Positions 20,173 through 29,274 of a stretch of DNA of 64,000 nucleotides are shown here, in pieces. The DNA is from Candidatus Woesearchaeota archaeon. Lineage in GTDB: Archaea; Nanobdellota; Nanobdellia; Woesearchaeales; GW2011-AR15. The number at the start of each line of letters is the position of its first letter. Position 1 is the first letter of the stretch. Both the position numbers and the translations under genes were made by a program. Location of the stretch: positions 86,306 to 150,305 of the forward strand of contig JAFGJW010000001.1 in the NCBI GenBank assembly GCA_016928835.1. The letters run 5' to 3'. The notes beneath the pieces are model-generated. The model was not told the origin of the DNA and did no database searches. It saw only the letters and a program-made list of their open reading frames with translations.

Positions 20173-21007
20173 AGAACTAGCTATCGAGGACATAAGTTCT
20201 GATGAAGAGGAAGCTTTTACTGGGATTGTGCCTGAAGACACTAAAGTCAGAACAGACTTGGGAGAAAAGGTTAACCGGGGAGAGGTTAAGGATATTGATG
20301 AGATATTAGATAAAGGATACAGGATACAAGAAGCCTGGATAGTTGATGCTCTGGTTCCTAATCTTGAGACAGATCTTCTTTTGATTGGACAATCTAAGGG
20401 GAAATTTGGTGGGGGCAAGAGAAGAGTTTTTAAACAGACCCAGAAAAAGACAAGAGAGGGCAATAAGCCAAGATTTGCCACAATGGCAGTTGTAGGTAAT
20501 AAAAATGGGTACATTGGTTTAGGTTATGGAAAGGCTAAAGAGACTGTCCCTGCAAGAGAAAAAGCGTTCAGAAACGCAAAACTCAATCTTTTTAAAATCA
20601 GAAGAGGATGCGGTTCGTGGGAATGCGGATGTGGCGAACCACATTCATTACCTTTCTGTGTGGAAGGCAAATCAAGCTCAGTCAAGGTCAAATTGATCCC
20701 TGCTCCCAAAGGCACAGGATTATGCACTGAAAGAGAAATAGCAAAAATCCTTGAGATGGCGGGAGTACAGGACGTGTGGTCAAAGACTCTTGGTCAGACA
20801 CGTACTAAGATGAACCTGATTAAAGCGACAGAAAAAGCCTTGAGGAAACTGCTTAAAACGAAAATACATGAGAAACATATAAAAGTGCTGAGTGTCGTTG
20901 AGGGCCGTGTTCAGAAAACAGAGCCTGAACAGCCATCAGAGGAAATTGTTGAAAATAAAAGTTCTAAAAGCAAAAAAGAAGTAAAAGGAAAGAAGAAGAA
21001 AAAATGA
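20126..21007 (+). CDS. rps5: 30S ribosomal protein uS5 with acidic N-terminal and basic C-terminal extensions
   Basis: VVGNKNGYIGLG, RGCGSWECGC, PAPKGTGL. Confidence 0.97.
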   Translation: MKKKNQEEEQQQKESEELAIEDISSDEEEAFTGIVPEDTKVRTDLGEKVNRGEVKDIDEILDKGYRIQEAWIVDALVPNLETDLLLIGQSKGKFGGGKRRVFKQTQKKTREGNKPRFATMAVVGNKNGYIGLGYGKAKETVPAREKAFRNAKLNLFKIRRGCGSWECGCGEPHSLPFCVEGKSSSVKVKLIPAPKGTGLCTEREIAKILEMAGVQDVWSKTLGQTRTKMNLIKATEKALRKLLKTKIHEKHIKVLSVVEGRVQKTEPEQPSEEIVENKSSKSKKEVKGKKKKK

Positions 21008-21465
21008 CTGAGCAAAAGCAAACAAAGCAAAAGGAAAAAGAAAGATTAGCTGCTGTTCGTGTTAGAGGAGATATCAAAGCTAGAAGAGATATTAAGGAAA
21101 CGATGAGGCTATTGAACCTCTTTGCACAAAACCATTGTGTTGTTGTAGATAATAACTCTTCAAATAATGGTATGCTCAATAAGGTGAAAGATTATATCAC
21201 CTGGGGAGAGCTAGAACCTGAGTTATATATAGAATTAATAAAAAAACGAGGAGAGAGGTATAAAGGTTTGCTTGAGGATAAAAAGGGAAAGGTGAAATAT
21301 AATAGATTCATCATATACAACAAGATTAAATATAAAAAATATTTTCGTCTAAATCCTCCAAAAGGGGGATATGAGCGTAAAGGTGTTAAAAAGAGTTATG
21401 CCCAGGGCGGTGCTCTTGGTTATAGGGGAAAAGAAATAAACAAATTAATAGAACGGATGCTCTAA
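21004..21465 (+). CDS. rpl30: 50S ribosomal protein uL30 (archaeal long form)
   Basis: AVRVRG, KVKDYITWGE, FRLNPPKGG, GALGYRG. Confidence 0.96.
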   Translation: MTEQKQTKQKEKERLAAVRVRGDIKARRDIKETMRLLNLFAQNHCVVVDNNSSNNGMLNKVKDYITWGELEPELYIELIKKRGERYKGLLEDKKGKVKYNRFIIYNKIKYKKYFRLNPPKGGYERKGVKKSYAQGGALGYRGKEINKLIERML

Positions 21466-21466
21466 A

Positions 21467-21934
21467 ATGCAACACAGAAGAAAAAAAGTTACAAAGATGA
21501 GGGGCTCAAGGACCCATGGTTATGGCTCTCACAAGAAGCATCGGGGAGCGGGAAGCAGAGGAGGCAGAGGTAGAAGCGGCTCAGGAAAAAGAGGAGATGC
21601 AAAGATAATGAAAATTACTAAGGGCAAGAGATATCTTGGTAAACATGGATTTACAAGTAAATCTGCTCGTCTTATTAAATCAGTTAACATATTCTATCTT
21701 CAAAGTAAACTAGCTTCATTAGTATCAGAGGGGAAGATTAAAAAGGAAAAAGAAAGCTTTATTATCAATCTTAACGATCTCGGATTTAATAAATTACTCT
21801 CAAAAGGCCCGGTAGATCATAAATTTATTATTACAACTAAATATGCTTCAAAAGGTGTAATTGAGCAGGTGAAAAAGGCGGGCGGAGAGGTAATACTACC
21901 TGCTGTAAAAGAAGCTAAACAGGAAAAAGAGTAA
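21467..21934 (+). CDS. rpl15: 50S ribosomal protein uL15
   Basis: RGSRTHGYG, RGAGSRGGRG, GKHGF, KAGG. Confidence 0.97.
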   Translation: MQHRRKKVTKMRGSRTHGYGSHKKHRGAGSRGGRGRSGSGKRGDAKIMKITKGKRYLGKHGFTSKSARLIKSVNIFYLQSKLASLVSEGKIKKEKESFIINLNDLGFNKLLSKGPVDHKFIITTKYASKGVIEQVKKAGGEVILPAVKEAKQEKE

Positions 21935-21936
21935 AA

Positions 21937-23373
21937 ATGTCGTTTTTTGACAAGATAATCTTTAATCTGCCAGAGGTGGCAGGACCTAAACAAAAAAAGC
22001 TTCCATTCAAAGAAAAATTGAAATGGACTTTGATTGTTCTAGTTGCTTTTTATATTTTAGGTTTAATAACAATATGGCCGCTTGGAGATAATGCACTGGC
22101 ACAATTTGAATATCTTTCAATCATACTCGGTGCCAAATTTGGTAGTCTAATCTCCCTTGGAATTTCTCCCATTGTTAATGCATCCATTATTCTTCAATTG
22201 CTTAATGGGTCAGGAATCCTTAAATTTAATCTGACAACACCCGAAGGAAGACAACGGTTTGAAGGCGTCCAGAAATTAATGGCAATATTTTTTGCAGTGT
22301 TCATGGCATTAATTTATGTTTTTATGGGGGGCTTAACTCCTCCGGCCCAATATGTTGGTGCTGCGCGAGTGCAGATGCAGCTGTTACTTGTTTTGCAGCT
22401 TTTCTTAGGAGGTATGATAATAATATTTATGGATGAAATAGTGAGCAAATGGGGTTTTGGCTCTGGTGTTTCGCTTTTTATCGCGGCAGGCATAAGCATG
22501 GAGATAGTGCTAAAAGCTTTCTCAATCTCAGATAGTTCAGGTAATCTCCTTTTTAATCCAAACTTTCAGGCTGAACAAATAGTAGGCAGGGTCTGGGGAT
22601 TAATAATATCACTCACAAGACAGGATCTTCAGGGAGCATTACTTGCTCTAGCTGCAATCCTTGCTACAGGAATTGTTTTTTCAATGGCAGTCTATGCTCA
22701 GTCAATGAAAATAGAGATACCTCTCTCATTTGGAAGAGTCAGAGGACATGGCATAAGGTGGCCTTTGCATTTTATCTATACAAGTAATATCCCTGTTATA
22801 CTTGTTGCTTCGTTATTTGCCACAATGCAGCTTTGGGTGAGACTTATGCAGAATTGGATTGGCGGAGGAAATCCTTTACCAATCATTGGAGGCTTTACAG
22901 CCAATGGCTCGCCTGTGGGTCTGATGGAAGTATTGAATGGTCCGAATCTAGTGCAAACCCTTATTGTAAGCAGAGATTTCAGTGTTATTGGTCCGATCTT
23001 ACTAAATTCATTAGTATATATCCTATTAATGGTTATAGGATCTGTTATATTCTCCTTGTTTTGGGTACAGACATCAGGTATGGACGCCCAAAGCCAGGCA
23101 GACCAGATATTAAGCTCTGGATTGCAGATACCTGGTTTTAGGAGAGATCCGAGAATATTGGAGAGGTTATTGAACAGGTATATAGGTCCATTGACAGTTA
23201 TGGGCGCAATTGTGGTAGGATTATTAGCAGCAGTGGCTGATTTGTTTGGGGCATTATCTAGAGGAACAGGAATTTTGTTGACAGTGATGATAGTCTATAA
23301 ACTTTATGAAGACATAGCAAGAGAGCACATGTATGATATGAATCCAATGCTTAGGAAAGTTATGGGAAAGTAG
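21937..23373 (+). CDS. secY: Protein translocase subunit SecY (Sec61 alpha)
   Basis: LGISPIV, SKWGFGSGVSLFI, YTSNIPVIL, IPGFRRD, GTGILLTV. Confidence 0.98.
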   Translation: MSFFDKIIFNLPEVAGPKQKKLPFKEKLKWTLIVLVAFYILGLITIWPLGDNALAQFEYLSIILGAKFGSLISLGISPIVNASIILQLLNGSGILKFNLTTPEGRQRFEGVQKLMAIFFAVFMALIYVFMGGLTPPAQYVGAARVQMQLLLVLQLFLGGMIIIFMDEIVSKWGFGSGVSLFIAAGISMEIVLKAFSISDSSGNLLFNPNFQAEQIVGRVWGLIISLTRQDLQGALLALAAILATGIVFSMAVYAQSMKIEIPLSFGRVRGHGIRWPLHFIYTSNIPVILVASLFATMQLWVRLMQNWIGGGNPLPIIGGFTANGSPVGLMEVLNGPNLVQTLIVSRDFSVIGPILLNSLVYILLMVIGSVIFSLFWVQTSGMDAQSQADQILSSGLQIPGFRRDPRILERLLNRYIGPLTVMGAIVVGLLAAVADLFGALSRGTGILLTVMIVYKLYEDIAREHMYDMNPMLRKVMGK

Positions 23374-23389
23374 ATTAAAGTAGATTATA

Positions 23390-24526
23390 TTATTCATATC
23401 TTGTTAATTGATTGCCCCTCATAACAAAAAACGGCCTTTGTGGGAATCCTAATTGTTTATTTTCGCTTCTTCTGGTTTCATATAGGCGATTTTGGGTTAT
23501 AGCGGTCCTTATAGGGATAGTAGTCTTATCACCAGTATCCCAAAGAAAAAATTCACATTCTTGTGGATTCCTTCCTAGAGGTAGCTTGGCATCACCTCTC
23601 CTGATTAACATATCAGCATAGGCTCCAAGACTTAAGACTCTTAATGTTGGTGTGTATTCTGGTTCTTTCGCCCATCTTTCAATAGCCGATTTCTCCAAGT
23701 AAAGTATACTTCCTGGGCCATTTCCTTGTGACAATTGGTGTAATTCTATCACTTTTCTTCTCATTAGGGTCTCATAAACCCATCTACCTAGACATTGCCC
23801 ATAGCATTTAACACTTAATCTTTCAGCATCACGAAAAACACTATTATTCTCCTCAGTTCTTATCCTGTCCAACACAGACAAGTCCAGACCGCCAATATCA
23901 AATCCTATAACATTATGTTTTTGACAAATTTGTTCAATTGACGCATCGAGTTCGCTGAGTGTTAAATCCCCCCGATTAAGACCAGCTGATGCAGGAAAAT
24001 TCTTAATAACATCGAGATCAACACTAATTTGCAAGGTCGATCTTGCCAACCCAACAATACTACCTCGACCTATATGTGCTTCTTCGCTAATACCCTCGGT
24101 GCATGATGGATCTCTAGTAGCAACAGCAACTAATTGGGTGCCAAATATTGTTTCAATAAGCTGAATGTTTTTATTTTGCAGCAGTAAAGCAGAAGCGTGA
24201 TTAGTGCAATCAACAATTCGTTGCTCTCTTGCAGCAGAAAGACAAAAATCAGTATGGGCGTCAAAAGCAGCTTTATAAAAGTCCATTTTAGGAGTTATTA
24301 ATAGTGAGAGATGGTGCCAAAATCCAGTTCCCCATATCAAACCACAATATTCTGGAAATTCTTCCTCTAATGGATGTGTAATTGAAAGTCCCTTGATAAC
24401 AACCTGATCAAGAGGCAACTCTCTAAACTCTACATTTTGGCGAAAGAAGGAATCCCTATTTAAAGCAGCAACAATATATTGTGATTCAGGTTGGTCTGTA
24501 TAATATACAACTACTTTCTCTGACAT
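23390..24526 (-). CDS. Divergent arginase/ureohydrolase-fold protein with unknown C-terminal domain
   Basis: GTGFWHHLS, FDAHTD, ISVDLDV and VIGFDIGG match the spacing of ureohydrolase metal ligands; the ~120-aa C-terminal region is not recognised. Confidence 0.6.
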   Translation of the reverse strand: MSEKVVVYYTDQPESQYIVAALNRDSFFRQNVEFRELPLDQVVIKGLSITHPLEEEFPEYCGLIWGTGFWHHLSLLITPKMDFYKAAFDAHTDFCLSAAREQRIVDCTNHASALLLQNKNIQLIETIFGTQLVAVATRDPSCTEGISEEAHIGRGSIVGLARSTLQISVDLDVIKNFPASAGLNRGDLTLSELDASIEQICQKHNVIGFDIGGLDLSVLDRIRTEENNSVFRDAERLSVKCYGQCLGRWVYETLMRRKVIELHQLSQGNGPGSILYLEKSAIERWAKEPEYTPTLRVLSLGAYADMLIRRGDAKLPLGRNPQECEFFLWDTGDKTTIPIRTAITQNRLYETRRSENKQLGFPQRPFFVMRGNQLTRYE

Positions 24527-24546
24527 TTTTTGCTTGAAGAATTAGT

Positions 24547-24557
24547 TTATATTTAAA
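24547..24557 (-). promoter_or_regulatory. TATA box of the arginase-fold gene (probably leaderless)
   Basis: TTTAAATATAA on the minus strand, starting 31 nt before ATG 24526. Confidence 0.55.
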
Positions 24558-24634
24558 ATTAACTTATCTACTTGAGCTCACTTATCTTTTTATAATCAAT
24601 AACATTTATAAAATCATGCCAAATCTAGATTTAT

Positions 24635-25390
24635 ATGCTTAATGCAATCTTTGATCCAATATTAGGCCCTTTGCTTAAATTGCCTTCTCTTGTAGCTATA
24701 CTTACTATATCGTTAGCAATGTCTGCGCTCATAACTGTCGTATACAAACTACTAACAGATCAAAACCTTATGAAGGATTTGAGAAATGAGATAAATGACC
24801 TGCAGAAAGAGCTGAAGACATTAAAGAACAATCCTAAAAAAGCAATGAAAGTGCAATCTCAGATGATGGAGACTAACAGCAAGTATATGATGCATTCGAT
24901 GAGGCCAACATTATTTACTTTTCTGCCAGTTATTCTTATATTTAGTTGGTTTAACACGCACCTTGGTTATTATCCCCTGCAGCCAGACAATCCATTTGAT
25001 GTAATTGTGATGTTTGACAAGGAAGCGACAGGGACTGCAGTCATGCAGGTGTCAGAGGGACTAACAGCCCTAGATGAAAAAAGCAAAGAGATAATAAGTG
25101 AGAAATTGGTTTGGCATTTGAAAGGAACAGAAGGAAGGCATAACCTTACAATTATCCATAACAACAAAGATTTTAGTAAAGATCTTTTAATTACTGAAAA
25201 AAGAGAATATATTAATCCTATTCAGAAAGTTAGGGGGAACTCAGTGAAAGAAATCATTGTTGGTAATGAGAGGATATACCCTTTTGGGGATCTTAGCTTC
25301 TTTGGCTGGAGACCGGGTTGGCTCGGAACATATATCATCTTTTCTCTGGTATTCAGCATGGCACTCAGAAAACTTCTTAAGATTTACTAG
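24635..25390 (+). CDS. DUF106/EMC3/TMCO1 (Oxa1-superfamily) membrane insertase with inserted beta-rich domain
   Basis: TM1, coiled coil, MRPTLFTFLP...GWLGTYIIFSLVFSMALRKLL; conserved position after secY. Confidence 0.88.
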   Translation: MLNAIFDPILGPLLKLPSLVAILTISLAMSALITVVYKLLTDQNLMKDLRNEINDLQKELKTLKNNPKKAMKVQSQMMETNSKYMMHSMRPTLFTFLPVILIFSWFNTHLGYYPLQPDNPFDVIVMFDKEATGTAVMQVSEGLTALDEKSKEIISEKLVWHLKGTEGRHNLTIIHNNKDFSKDLLITEKREYINPIQKVRGNSVKEIIVGNERIYPFGDLSFFGWRPGWLGTYIIFSLVFSMALRKLLKIY

Positions 25391-26561
25391 TTAAGAGATT
25401 AATAGGGCCTCTGTTTCCCTTATAAACCTGCTCACTAAATCTTATTAATTCTTTCCAGAAAATTTGCTGGTCAACTGATTTAATCCTTTTCTGTGCTCTC
25501 CTTCCCATTTCCTTCCCCTTTCTAAGATTTGTGAGCATATAGACAAGCCCATTTTCAAGACCTTTACTATCCCCCCTTTTACATATATATCCCTCCTTCA
25601 TATGCCTAACATATTCCTCCACGCCCTCGATGTCACTTGAAACAATTGCCAGACCTGTAGCCATTGCTTCCATAAGCACTGTTGGTATGCCTTCATTTAA
25701 TGAGCAGAATACAAAGATATCACTGCTTTTATAATATTCCCTTATACGGCTCCAGGGAACTTTGCCTACAGATATAATCCGCCCCTTGCACCATTTTGGT
25801 ATATCCCAAGAGAATTTTTCTCCCACATGGATTAATTTAACATTGATAAATTTCTTAAATATTACTGGAATAACTCTCTCTAAGTAGATGATTCCCTTTC
25901 TAACTTTTTCTTTGCCAGAAGAGACAAATAATATCTTGGTTCCCTTAATCTTATGCTTCCTGCCTTTATTTAGATACTCAAATTTGATGTCTTTGTTCGG
26001 AACAAAATGTGGAATCTTTTTTACCCCATAATATTTTATGCATTCTCTCCTATTTTCCATTGATGAATATATTATACCAGCGGCTTTTTTTGTTATCAGT
26101 GAATCTATAGGAAGAAACATTGTGAAGTGCAGCCTTCTAGCTATTCTTGATAAAAGGGAAGTTTCCTTTTTTGCAATATCCATATTCCTTAAAAAAGTGC
26201 GTACAGGCTGATCAGGCGCCCTTAAAATATATCTTCTATTAACAACTCCTACTGCCGCATCTCCGTTTGCAATTATTATGTCCCCTTCTCTTAGTTTATT
26301 CTTTTTGAAATAGTTGCTGACATGTAGGGCAAGAATAAGTATGTATGAGATATGTTTGAACAAAGAAAATCCTGCGACAGGGAACCTGTGCACCTCGGCA
26401 TAGTCAAGTTTCTCGTACTTTCTCAAGGTTTTCTTTGTTAATCCGCACAGTATAGTCACGTTATATTTCTTAGAAGCACTTTTGGCAAGTCCTTCAACAA
26501 ATCCATAGTAAGATCCTTTGTTCTCTTCAAAGCCCTGCGAGACAATGTATAACTTATTCAT
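25377..26561 (-). CDS. Glycosyltransferase family 4 (GT-B)
   Basis: RKG and SLNEGIPTVLMEAMATG (EX7E). Confidence 0.9.
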   Translation of the reverse strand: MNKLYIVSQGFEENKGSYYGFVEGLAKSASKKYNVTILCGLTKKTLRKYEKLDYAEVHRFPVAGFSLFKHISYILILALHVSNYFKKNKLREGDIIIANGDAAVGVVNRRYILRAPDQPVRTFLRNMDIAKKETSLLSRIARRLHFTMFLPIDSLITKKAAGIIYSSMENRRECIKYYGVKKIPHFVPNKDIKFEYLNKGRKHKIKGTKILFVSSGKEKVRKGIIYLERVIPVIFKKFINVKLIHVGEKFSWDIPKWCKGRIISVGKVPWSRIREYYKSSDIFVFCSLNEGIPTVLMEAMATGLAIVSSDIEGVEEYVRHMKEGYICKRGDSKGLENGLVYMLTNLRKGKEMGRRAQKRIKSVDQQIFWKELIRFSEQVYKGNRGPINLLTSKS

Positions 26562-26601
26562 TTAGGCTTATGAATATTATCCTATTTAAATTATTTTTTC
26601 C

Positions 26602-27045
26602 TTAGAGATAATATCTTAGTGAGAAAAATGGTCTTTCTTTGTCTTTCTCCTGAAATCCGATTCTTTTATAGAACTCCTTTGCTTCTGCCCTTCGTGTGTT
26701 GACATCAATAAAAGCTGCGCCAAAATCCTGTGCCACCTCAAGCAACTTTAGTGTAAGTGCTTTACCTACGCCCTGGCCTCTGCTTGCTTTATCAACGATA
26801 ACATCCTCTATCACACATACCTTGCCACCTAATTTGTCATAACAGACTATCGAAGCCATGCCAACTATTTTATCATCAATAAATGCAGTATAAACCTGAG
26901 ACTGGTCCAATTGGATGACTTCCTTGTATCTGTCAAATGCAATTGGGGCGTTTTTTGGATATAATTCGCTTAGCAAGACTCTGATTCTTTCATACACCCT
27001 CTTATCTGGTGGTGATTCTATTTTCCTAATGCTGAGCTTAGTCAT
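26602..27045 (-). CDS. GNAT N-acetyltransferase (GNA1-like)
   Basis: IEDVIVD, RGQGVG, FYKRIGF. Confidence 0.9.
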   Translation of the reverse strand: MTKLSIRKIESPPDKRVYERIRVLLSELYPKNAPIAFDRYKEVIQLDQSQVYTAFIDDKIVGMASIVCYDKLGGKVCVIEDVIVDKASRGQGVGKALTLKLLEVAQDFGAAFIDVNTRRAEAKEFYKRIGFQEKDKERPFFSLRYYL

Positions 27046-27048
27046 TTT

Positions 27049-28191
27049 CTATTGTTTGCATTTTTCCAGTGCTTTGCAGATAGTTACAATAATCTTATCC
27101 ATCTGTTTCTTTGTCATTGAGGGAAACATTGGTAAAGTAACAACCCGCTTGGCTACATTTTCTGTTATTGGCAAGTCTCCCTCCCTGCATTTATATTCAT
27201 TCATATAATAAGGATGCAGATGAACTGGAGGCTCAAAATGAACACTGGCTTCAACATTATTGTTTCTTAGGAATATAACAAAGTTGTCTCTGTCCACAGA
27301 TTCACTTACTTGTATAACATACATCTGATAGACGTGATATGCATCCTCTGGCTCAGAAGGAACAGTAATCTGTTTATACCTAGATAAACCTTTGCTCAAG
27401 TATTTAGCATTCTCTCGTCTTTTTTCATTAAATCGGTCTAGTTTTTTAAGTTGTGTCAATCCAAGTACTGCAGATATCTCATTCATCCTAAAATTGTATC
27501 CTGGCATTACTGAAACTCTAATCCACGGCTTATCTAATTTTTCTCTCTCAAATGCTCCTTTTTTAACACCATGACCCCTTATGGTTCTTGCATTTTCTGC
27601 TATCTTCTCATCATTGGTGGTAATCATGCCTCCTTCTCCTGTTGTAATATTCTTGGTTGGGTAAAAACTAAAGCATCCAATATCAAAAGAACCTGTCTTT
27701 TTAGATTGGTATGTACTGCCAATTGCTTCAGCAGAATCTTCAATAACTGTTAAGTCATGATTTGTAGCTATCTCCATAATCTTGTCCATTTTGCAGCTTA
27801 GGCCAGCAAAATGAACTGGCATAATTCCAACAGTATTATGATTGATTTTTTTCATTATGTCTTCAGGACTGATATTCATTGTATCTTTTTCTATATCTGC
27901 AAATACAGGGACACAGCCTGCATTGACTATTGCATTGGCAGAAGCTGGGAATGTAAAACTTGGAAGGATAATCTCACCTTTTAGACTCTTTGCCATTATC
28001 GCTGCTTGAAGTGCTGATGCGCAGGAATTAAGTGAGACAGCATATTTTGCTCCGATATATCCTGCAAATTTTTCCTCAAATTCCTTTACCCTTGGACCAT
28101 GAGCAAGCCATCCTGACTCAAGAACTTCTCCAATTCTTTTTAGCTCTTCCTTTCCAAATCCGGGCTTGCAAAGCGGAACTCTTTCACTCAT
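27049..28191 (-). CDS. DegT/DnrJ/EryC1/StrS sugar aminotransferase
   Basis: IEDSAEA, SFYPTKNITTGEGG (PLP lysine), GYNFRM. Confidence 0.95.
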   Translation of the reverse strand: MSERVPLCKPGFGKEELKRIGEVLESGWLAHGPRVKEFEEKFAGYIGAKYAVSLNSCASALQAAIMAKSLKGEIILPSFTFPASANAIVNAGCVPVFADIEKDTMNISPEDIMKKINHNTVGIMPVHFAGLSCKMDKIMEIATNHDLTVIEDSAEAIGSTYQSKKTGSFDIGCFSFYPTKNITTGEGGMITTNDEKIAENARTIRGHGVKKGAFEREKLDKPWIRVSVMPGYNFRMNEISAVLGLTQLKKLDRFNEKRRENAKYLSKGLSRYKQITVPSEPEDAYHVYQMYVIQVSESVDRDNFVIFLRNNNVEASVHFEPPVHLHPYYMNEYKCREGDLPITENVAKRVVTLPMFPSMTKKQMDKIIVTICKALEKCKQ

Positions 28192-29146
28192 TTTTCTTAT
28201 AATAATTAAGATATTCTTTTACACCCTTTTCAAGAGGATATTCAGGTTTATAACCTATTCTTTCTTTGGCTTTACTTATATCCAATCCGCCTCTTCTTGG
28301 CAATGAGGGGTCTGCTTCACCAATCTGCATCTTGAGCTTGGGAAAATGTTGCTTTATTATCTTTGCTAACTCTCCTAATGTCCTGCCCTGACCGTATGTA
28401 ATATTAAAAATTTGATTTTCTGCATCAGGGTGCAAGGCAGCTAGCACAAATCCCTGGGCAGTATCCTCTGCATAAGTAAAATCAATCGCACTTGTCGGGT
28501 CATTCACAATAATCTCTTTGCCCTGCAGGGCATTTTCAATGAAGATCTGGACAACCCTTCTATTAATGTCAGTCGGTCCATATACTCCGCTTGGTCTGAT
28601 GATTACATAAGGTAATTTGAACTGTCTACAAAAAGAGCAAGTGAGATACTCTCCTGCTAATTTAACGCCTGCGTATACTCCCCTCGGATTTTTTGGATGG
28701 TTTTCATCTGCCGGGTCACACTCAAAGTCCCCATAGACTGTGCTTGAAGAGGTATAAATAAATCTTATATCAAGATTGAGATCATGTATTGCCTGTATTA
28801 TATTGCCAGTGGCTTTAACACCTTCCAATGCCTCTTCCACATAGATATTTGAAGCTTTTGCCAAAGGTAGACCTGCTAGATGAATAACAGCATCTGGCCT
28901 ATGCTCTTCTAATGCCTTTCGAACTTCACCATAATTGGCTGCATTTCCCCTTATCTCCACAACTTTCTCTGTAATGCCCTTAAACCGCTGTGTTAGAGCT
29001 TTTATTTTATTTTTATCTGGTTGAACTGTTGGCAGATACTGGAAAAATGAGTCAAAAATTATTGGAGTCACATTCTTCTGTACGAGTGCTCTGGCAATAT
29101 AGCTTCCAATAAAGCCAGCCCCCCCAAATAGAAGAATTTTTTTCAT
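28184..29146 (-). CDS. NAD-dependent epimerase/dehydratase (extended SDR)
   Basis: GGAGFIG, TSSSTVYG, YAGVK (YxxxK), VYGP. Confidence 0.93.
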   Translation of the reverse strand: MKKILLFGGAGFIGSYIARALVQKNVTPIIFDSFFQYLPTVQPDKNKIKALTQRFKGITEKVVEIRGNAANYGEVRKALEEHRPDAVIHLAGLPLAKASNIYVEEALEGVKATGNIIQAIHDLNLDIRFIYTSSSTVYGDFECDPADENHPKNPRGVYAGVKLAGEYLTCSFCRQFKLPYVIIRPSGVYGPTDINRRVVQIFIENALQGKEIIVNDPTSAIDFTYAEDTAQGFVLAALHPDAENQIFNITYGQGRTLGELAKIIKQHFPKLKMQIGEADPSLPRRGGLDISKAKERIGYKPEYPLEKGVKEYLNYYKKNE

Positions 29147-29274
29147 GTGCTCTCTGAAAATAGTCTGGATGTTTTAAATTTTTTGGTTGAATTATATACT
29201 CAAATTATTTTTAGAGAGAAGATAGAAGATTTTATATATTTTTAAATACTCTTAATCAAGAGTATTAATAAAGA

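Noticed and set aside
11082-23141. Many short antisense or out-of-frame ORFs within the ribosomal operon and other genes
   Set aside because: They lie inside well-supported genes, mirror the codon bias of the opposite strand and show no recognisable domains.
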